Of a stretch of 64,000 bases of DNA, positions 58,082 through 64,000 are shown in pieces; the first letter of the stretch is position 1; each line of letters opens with the position of its first letter. Source of the stretch: Candidatus Bathyarchaeota archaeon (GTDB lineage: Archaea; Thermoproteota; Bathyarchaeia; Bathyarchaeales; Bathycorpusculaceae); contig CAWAKC010000007.1 of NCBI GenBank assembly GCA_963782525.1, positions 288,001 to 352,000 on the forward strand, in the 5' to 3' direction. Below the pieces are notes generated by a model. It worked only from the letters and a program-made list of their open reading frames with translations. It did not search any database and had not been told where the DNA came from. A program made the position numbers and the translations under genes.

Positions 58082-58648
58082 TTACTGCGCCCGCGTGAAC
58101 AACCGGTACTTGCTGTCGCCCTCTAGCTCTTCCATAACCCGCTTCGTAGTCAACTTAACAGGATTCGGCAGTTCCGTTCGTTTCTGCAGATCCTCAAAGC
58201 TTTCGAAGGGCTTACGGTCGCGTTGGTTGATGACTTGCCACATGTACTTTTTGCCAATGCCTGGAACCAATTCTAAAGCGTGCATTCGAGGTGTAATCGC
58301 GCGGGCGGTGTTGAAGAAATTAACAAACCATTTTTCCCGATTCGTCACTATCTTGCTAATGACACTGGGAAGTTCTGCCTTCGCCGAAGCAGTCAACTCC
58401 TCATAGCCAATGCGCCCAATTATGTAAGTAACTTCTTCGCGGGAATCCTTTCCCACATAAACACGGTCACCCGGTTTCAGAACCAGCTCTTCCTTCACTA
58501 AAGCTTCCAAAAGAGTAAAGAATTCTTCACCGACGCATTGAATTAAGGCTCCTGCTCGATAACCTGCCCGTCCCGTAGGACGAAATCCTGGCTTGCCGTG
58601 CTGAAGGAAATCTAACACGTAAGCATGCTCTTCGTACCGCTTTTCCAT
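58082..58648 (-). CDS. DUF655 putative RNA-binding HhH protein
   Basis: AYVLDF, FFTLLE, HALELVPGIGKK, PFESFED. Confidence 0.92.
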   Translation of the reverse strand: MEKRYEEHAYVLDFLQHGKPGFRPTGRAGYRAGALIQCVGEEFFTLLEALVKEELVLKPGDRVYVGKDSREEVTYIIGRIGYEELTASAKAELPSVISKIVTNREKWFVNFFNTARAITPRMHALELVPGIGKKYMWQVINQRDRKPFESFEDLQKRTELPNPVKLTTKRVMEELEGDSKYRLFTRAQ

Positions 58649-58713
58649 AACACTCAGAGTCCATCAGCTAGTCTATTCTCGATTACTGCTTAAAAATACT
58701 TAGTCGCTTCCCG

Positions 58714-59052
58714 TTACTTCAACGTGCGATTCTCGTTCAAAAGCTCAACAATCGTGTGCAATTTTGAGGTTTCTATGATCTTTCGACCTCCAGCTAAGAA
58801 CACCCGCAATTCGTCAACGGTCTCAGGCATACAATTGATAATTTGTACAGCTTCGGCTTCGTCGAGTTCGTATTCTTTGAGGAGTTTCTGCAAGAGTTCT
58901 TCAGCTTTATCTGGATCACACTTGGAGAATTTGCTAACATAATCTAGTGTTCGGCGTTGAAACTGGTCTAAGTTTTCTTCGCCGATGGTTTCCAGAACCT
59001 TCTTAACCTGTGGGAGGGTTAAGCGACTTTCGCTTACTTCTCTCTTGCTCAT
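58714..59052 (-). CDS. rpoF: RNA polymerase subunit Rpo4 (F)
   Basis: AVQIINCMPETVDELR HRDC-like; rpl21e-rpoF-DUF655-ksgA synteny. Confidence 0.93.
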   Translation of the reverse strand: MSKREVSESRLTLPQVKKVLETIGEENLDQFQRRTLDYVSKFSKCDPDKAEELLQKLLKEYELDEAEAVQIINCMPETVDELRVFLAGGRKIIETSKLHTIVELLNENRTLK

Positions 59053-59057
59053 CTATC

Positions 59058-59354
59058 TCACTTACCTGTGTATGGCTCTAGGTGCTCTGAGCGAGTGATG
59101 ATTTCTTTAATAGCATTGCCTTGTGGAACGCTAACAACGTATCCGCGACCTCGTTTTTCTACGATCACGCCGATTTTGCCGTGGAAACGTTTGTGTGGCA
59201 TACTCTTCTGTGTGCTAGAATCCATCTTTATTATTACTTGAGAACCTGGAGTGTAATCTTGAAGGATTTTACCAATATGTGGTTTACCTTTTGCACGAGT
59301 TGGTTTACGCAATAGACTGCGAGTTCCTGTGTAGTAACCTTTTGAGCCTCTCAT
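59058..59354 (-). CDS. rpl21e: 50S ribosomal protein L21e
   Basis: MPHKRFHGKIG, RSEHL. Confidence 0.96.
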   Translation of the reverse strand: MRGSKGYYTGTRSLLRKPTRAKGKPHIGKILQDYTPGSQVIIKMDSSTQKSMPHKRFHGKIGVIVEKRGRGYVVSVPQGNAIKEIITRSEHLEPYTGK

Positions 59355-59367
59355 TCAATTTTCACCT

Positions 59368-60705
59368 TTAATTATCATCCATTATTACATTGAGAACGTC
59401 AAGCTTAAGCGTCTTCGCCCTGTTGTTGAGCAAATCTGAAACGTTCGGCACTGTTCTTCCTTCATCTCCAGACACCAATTCTTTAACATAGAGCCCGCCT
59501 TGACAACGAATTTCCAGCAGAGCCCTCTTAAGCGACACCTTCTTAACTTTAACCTGATATATGTACTTTTCTCGGATTAAATCCGCTCTTCGATGCAAAA
59601 CGCGTTGAGGCGTCTGCTGTTTAATACAAATACCCGATAGCTTCTCTTCCATGGTGCGTAGGTCTTGGGGGGACAATTCCTTCTCAAATTCCGCCAGCAG
59701 AGCATATTCTTTTTGTGATCCCTCACCCTTCTTGAGGTGCCGAACAACATCCTTAGTTGTGAAATGCAAATTTATAACCTCGATTTTTCCGGCTGCCTCA
59801 GTGTTAACTTGGGCTTCAATCTGTTTCAAATCCACAAACCGCTTCTTAGGTTTTGAAACCTCAATCACAAAAGGCCTACCGCTGCCAAGCATCCGTGCAT
59901 CGATGTCTTCTCTTCCAGAAGCATGCAAAAACGCATCTTCACCCAAAGTTACCAAAAGCAAAGGTTTAGAAGACAGTTCCTCCACCGATTCAGCATACAA
60001 TTTGCCTGTTCCACCGCACTTCTCGCATCCTCTGCCTCGGCAGTCTGAACAGAACCATTTCGACTGTGGAATTGTTCTCAGCAGTTTGCGGTATCTGCCA
60101 GCGACGAAGATGGGGTTAACTTGAAGGCGAATTTTCTCCAGAAAAGGGTTGAAAACCACGACTAAATCTGGAATTAGGTACTCTGCTTCTTTGCCCGTTT
60201 GTTTCGCGAGTGCTTTGCCTAGTAGCCGTCCGAATTCATGTTTTATGCTTTCGCCATAACCGATGTTGAGTGCAGCTTTAAACTCGTCTTCTCTCTCCTC
60301 AATTTTTGTTGGCAACTCAATTCCGACAAGGAAAGTGGTGAACTCGTAGTCTGCAATTAGTTCTAGAGCCGTCTGGGTTAAAACGTCAACTAACTCGAAC
60401 TTGCCTTCGCATAGACTACATTTGAGGTCTGCTTCAGTTTTCGGCAGGCGTTTTTTGAGGTGTTTTAGGGTTTCCTGGGCTTCCCGTGAAAACCCGTTAT
60501 ATGCCAAAACCTTAAGTCGCTTTATTCCATCGGCGTTTTTTTCTTGTACAAGGTCGTTGGCTTGCATAGTTAAACTGACTTTTAGTGCTTTGCCGCGCAC
60601 GTTGTTTTCCATGCTGTAACCAAGCAACGCAAATTGTCTGCCCAAGCAGTGGTCACAAAGCGGGTATTTACTCAGTAACTCGAAGGCTTTTTCTAAAACA
60701 TCCAT
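59368..60705 (-). CDS. pus10: tRNA pseudouridine(54/55) synthase Pus10
   Basis: LCDHCLGR, GREDIDARMLG, QQTPQRV, GGLYVKEL, GDEGRT. Confidence 0.96.
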   Translation of the reverse strand: MDVLEKAFELLSKYPLCDHCLGRQFALLGYSMENNVRGKALKVSLTMQANDLVQEKNADGIKRLKVLAYNGFSREAQETLKHLKKRLPKTEADLKCSLCEGKFELVDVLTQTALELIADYEFTTFLVGIELPTKIEEREDEFKAALNIGYGESIKHEFGRLLGKALAKQTGKEAEYLIPDLVVVFNPFLEKIRLQVNPIFVAGRYRKLLRTIPQSKWFCSDCRGRGCEKCGGTGKLYAESVEELSSKPLLLVTLGEDAFLHASGREDIDARMLGSGRPFVIEVSKPKKRFVDLKQIEAQVNTEAAGKIEVINLHFTTKDVVRHLKKGEGSQKEYALLAEFEKELSPQDLRTMEEKLSGICIKQQTPQRVLHRRADLIREKYIYQVKVKKVSLKRALLEIRCQGGLYVKELVSGDEGRTVPNVSDLLNNRAKTLKLDVLNVIMDDN

Positions 60706-60715
60706 CGAACGTAGC

Positions 60716-62068
60716 CTACTTCATGCCCGGTGGCATACCCATTCCTTTACCGCCGAGTCCAAACGGCAGCTTCTTTTTGTTATGCTTAAACATCTTCAGC
60801 ATCTTACGCATCATAACGTATTGCTTGAGAAGCTCCTTGACTTCTTTTTCTGTGCTTCCTGAACCCCGCGCGATGCGTCTTGCCCTCGATGAGTTGAGCA
60901 GTTTAGGGTTCTCTTTCTCGGCAGGTGTCATGGATTGGATGATTACACCCCATTTTTCTAAGCGACCTTCAGCAGAGTTCAGCATTTCGTCAGGAACATC
61001 GGCAGACGAGAGCCCAGGAATCATTTTCATTACTTTGCCAAAGGGACCCATTTTCTTGACGGCTTGGAACTGCTCATACATATCAGTTAAGGTAAAGTTG
61101 CCACTCATGATTTCCTTAGCTTTCTTCTGGGGCACCTTGATTTCGGCATCATGAACTTTTTCGAGAAGGGTTTCTAAGTCGCCCATGCCTAAGAGGCGCC
61201 CAACGAATCGAGAGGGGATGAATGCTTCGAGGTCTTCTATTTTTTCGCCTGTGCCGATGAATTTTATGGGTGCGCCGGTTGCCGCGACCGCTGATAATGC
61301 ACCACCTCCGCGTGAGGAGCCGTCGAGTTTAGTTACTATGATTGCGCCGATCGGGGTAGCTTCATGGAAGGTTTTAGCTTGAGCAAGGGCTTGCTGCCCG
61401 ATAGTGCCGTCGATAACCATGATAACTTCGTCGGGGTGAATGCTCTTTTCAAGGTCCTTCATTTCCTTGATTAAATCCTTCTCTTCCTTATGCCGACCGG
61501 CCGTGTCAACGATAATCAAATCTTTATCGGCAAATAGCTTTAGGCCTTCCCTGACGACTTTAACGGGGTCTTTTTGTTTTAAGTCACCGAAAAAAGGTGC
61601 GTTTATGCGGGTTGCCAGTTGTTGAAGCTGGTTGTAGGCGCCTGGTCGAAAAGTATCCGCACAAATCAAGCCTACTTTCATGCCTCTTTTCTGGAAGTAT
61701 CTTGCCAGTTTGGCGGCGTGGGTGGTTTTTCCTGAACCTTGAATACCAACGAGCATGATGATTTTCTTTTTGCCGGGCTCCACTTTGAGGGGAACAGGTT
61801 TGTCGCCCACGAATCGGGTTAATTCTTCATAGACTACTTTTATGACGTGTTCACGTCTGGAAACTCCCGGAGGCACTTTCTCTTTTAACGCCCGTTCTTC
61901 GATGCGTTTGGAGATTTCGAGGACAAGTTGGACGTTGACGTCTGCTTGAAGCAGGGCACGTTGGATGTCGCGGACCAGTTCCTTCACTGCCGCTTCGTCC
62001 ACGGCGCCAGCTTTAAACAGCTTCTTTATGGCGTCGGTCAAGGAGGAACCTAACTTGTCTAGTGCCAT
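60716..62068 (-). CDS. srp54: Signal recognition particle protein SRP54
   Basis: GIQGSGKT, DTAGR, TKLD, M domain. Confidence 0.98.
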   Translation of the reverse strand: MALDKLGSSLTDAIKKLFKAGAVDEAAVKELVRDIQRALLQADVNVQLVLEISKRIEERALKEKVPPGVSRREHVIKVVYEELTRFVGDKPVPLKVEPGKKKIIMLVGIQGSGKTTHAAKLARYFQKRGMKVGLICADTFRPGAYNQLQQLATRINAPFFGDLKQKDPVKVVREGLKLFADKDLIIVDTAGRHKEEKDLIKEMKDLEKSIHPDEVIMVIDGTIGQQALAQAKTFHEATPIGAIIVTKLDGSSRGGGALSAVAATGAPIKFIGTGEKIEDLEAFIPSRFVGRLLGMGDLETLLEKVHDAEIKVPQKKAKEIMSGNFTLTDMYEQFQAVKKMGPFGKVMKMIPGLSSADVPDEMLNSAEGRLEKWGVIIQSMTPAEKENPKLLNSSRARRIARGSGSTEKEVKELLKQYVMMRKMLKMFKHNKKKLPFGLGGKGMGMPPGMK

Positions 62069-62295
62069 ATGAGTCTCCAGCCTAACATTCTATTGTCCTT
62101 TTAAATAAAGATTACAGCGTAAAACCGCCACAATACAGGTTAATTTCTGTTTGATTGTTCTTTGAAGCCTCAGTTTCCCCATTAAACATATTCTTCACAA
62201 TTCAGACGGCTCTTCATGCATCATTGGCTTCAAAGCAAAAAGCTCCGTGCTAGAACATAAACTTTGACGGAAAAGATTAAGAAAATAAATTGTGA

Positions 62296-62688
62296 TTATT
62301 TTACTCGAACAATCTTTACTTTGCCAAGTATGGCCCAATACTCAATTTCTGCGCCAGCTACGAGCTTTTCTTTAAGTTCAGGCTCATCTGGGAACGGTGC
62401 ATCGATGTACTCGTAGGTTTCAAGGTCCATAATTTGGACGCCGTTAGGGTTAATAGCGAAGACTTGGCCCGTTCTTTTATCGATGATAGGAACTTCTGCC
62501 CCGAGGTCAACAGGTTTTACGAACTGACGTTTTTGGCCATCGAAGACGCCGATTGCAACAATTCTTGCTTTTGCGGAACCATGTTTTCCAGGTTTAGATT
62601 TAGCAATGTCAACTATGCGGCAGGGTTCACCCTCAATCATCATGTAGCCGCCAACGCGTAATTCTCCAACATCAACTGGTTTACTCAT
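62296..62688 (-). CDS. eif5a: Translation factor aIF5A
   Basis: SKPGKHGSAK hypusine motif. Confidence 0.97.
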   Translation of the reverse strand: MSKPVDVGELRVGGYMMIEGEPCRIVDIAKSKPGKHGSAKARIVAIGVFDGQKRQFVKPVDLGAEVPIIDKRTGQVFAINPNGVQIMDLETYEYIDAPFPDEPELKEKLVAGAEIEYWAILGKVKIVRVK

Positions 62689-62778
62689 ACGCACACCACA
62701 GATTAGTTCTATTTAATGCAATTCAGAACAACACCCATATATAGATTAAGGTTTACGCTAATTACTGAGCGGTGGAAA

Positions 62779-63618
62779 ATGTTCAAAACCGTAGGTTTAG
62801 TTGCCCGCTATGACCAAAAAGCAGCTTTGAAGCTCACTGAAAAACTTGCGAACTACCTAAACAAGAAAGGCTTGAAGGTTTACATAGAAAATAGCCTTAG
62901 CGACAAAATAATCTCTCATCATGAGTTTGTTCCACTCTCAGAGATGAAAACTGACTTCATAATCACCATAGGCGGCGATGGAACCATACTGCGAACTGCG
63001 ATAGCGGTACCCAAACCTGAACCACCAATCTTAGCCGTCAACATGGGCGTGAGAGGGTTTTTAACAGAAGTCGAGCCTGAGAACGCCTTTGAAGCTATAG
63101 ACAGAATTCTAAGCGGCGACTACAAGGTTGAAAAATGTACCAAGCTTTGTGTAACAGCAGGTGAAGAGATAATACCTGACGCATTAAACGACGTAGTAGT
63201 TTCGGCTGGCGAACCGTCGAAGATTCTTTACGCAGAAATACGTAAGGAAGATAAACCAATTTTGAAGTGCCAGGCTGACGGGTTGATAATTGCGACTCCG
63301 ACGGGCTCCACAGGCTACAACCTTTCAGCAGGCGGACCAGTCTTGGATAGCGAAGTAAACGCTTTCGTAATAACCCCAATCTGTTCGCTGACAGTGTTCC
63401 ATTCACTCGTGCTTCCTGCAGACTGCGCCATAACACTCAACGCACTAAGGCCAAACAACATGTTTGTTTTGATCGATGGAAACTACCGAAAGCTCCTAAC
63501 TGAAGATGAGCCTTCAGTGAAGATTACAAAATCAAAGAACGTAACCTCGTTCATACGTTTTGAAACCGGCTTCTACGATAGGCTGCGGAACAGGCTACTT
63601 TTCAAGGGAACGGAATGA
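62779..63618 (+). CDS. nadK: NAD kinase
   Basis: GGDGT, LND, DGLIIATPTGSTGYNLSAGGP. Confidence 0.96.
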   Translation: MFKTVGLVARYDQKAALKLTEKLANYLNKKGLKVYIENSLSDKIISHHEFVPLSEMKTDFIITIGGDGTILRTAIAVPKPEPPILAVNMGVRGFLTEVEPENAFEAIDRILSGDYKVEKCTKLCVTAGEEIIPDALNDVVVSAGEPSKILYAEIRKEDKPILKCQADGLIIATPTGSTGYNLSAGGPVLDSEVNAFVITPICSLTVFHSLVLPADCAITLNALRPNNMFVLIDGNYRKLLTEDEPSVKITKSKNVTSFIRFETGFYDRLRNRLLFKGTE

Positions 63619-64000
63619 GCGCCCAACCGGACAAACCTTGCAAGCGCGCGGTTGTTTTGGATACTTCTGCGTTTGTCGCGGGGTTTGACTCTTTCTCCTC
63701 GAGCGATGAACAGTTCACGGTGCCTAAGGTTGAAGAGGAAATCCGTCGAAACTCGATGATAAAGATGCGTTTAGAAATGGCCATCGAAGGCGGCAAACTT
63801 AAAGTTAAAGCTCCCGCACAGGAATTCGCAGCTAAAGCAGACTTATCCGCCGCCAAGGTGGGCGACTCCTTCAAGCTGTCCGAAACTGACAAGCAGCTTT
63901 TGGCTTTAGCTCTGGAGCTCAAAGCGGCGGGATATGCGCCTCAAATTGTCACCGACGACTACTCCATCCAGAACGTAGCCAAGCAAATGGACGTCGAATT
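63615..64000 (+). CDS. nob1: Nob1-like PIN endonuclease (3' partial)
   Basis: Hand translation MSAQPDKPCKRAVVLDTSAFVAG...LSETDKQLLALALEL...IVTDDYSIQNVA. Confidence 0.88.
   Translation, partial: MSAQPDKPCKRAVVLDTSAFVAGFDSFSSSDEQFTVPKVEEEIRRNSMIKMRLEMAIEGGKLKVKAPAQEFAAKADLSAAKVGDSFKLSETDKQLLALALELKAAGYAPQIVTDDYSIQNVAKQMDVE

Overview
Archaeal chromosome segment, most consistent with a TACK/Bathyarchaeia-type genome (inferred from gene content and order). It is mostly housekeeping: replication (rfcS/L, GINS, MCM, PCNA, PriL), transcription (Rpo4, Rpo7, Rpo12, Spt4), translation (L2, L3, L4, L23, S19, S6e, S24e, S27e, S27ae, L21e, L44e, aIF2-gamma, aIF5A, SRP54), RNA modification (Trm5-like, Trm112, Taw1, Pus10, KsgA, Nop10, Nob1) and metabolism (GdhA, AhcY, PyrE, NAD kinase, Fae-Hps). 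An intron-containing tRNA-Ser(CGA) at 37224-37348 is an integration hotspot: its 3' end recurs at 42081 and 42699. The bracketed island has no integrase. It carries a beta-glucan-related three-gene cassette and an unexplained array of five related inverted repeats. Other oddities: an HTH fused to Fae-Hps, a radical SAM/SPASM enzyme with a large Cys-containing N-terminal extension, a split kinase / PHP / APH-like trio, a possible aIF2-alpha deletion scar, and several pseudogenes. All calls come from reading the sequence; no searches were run.
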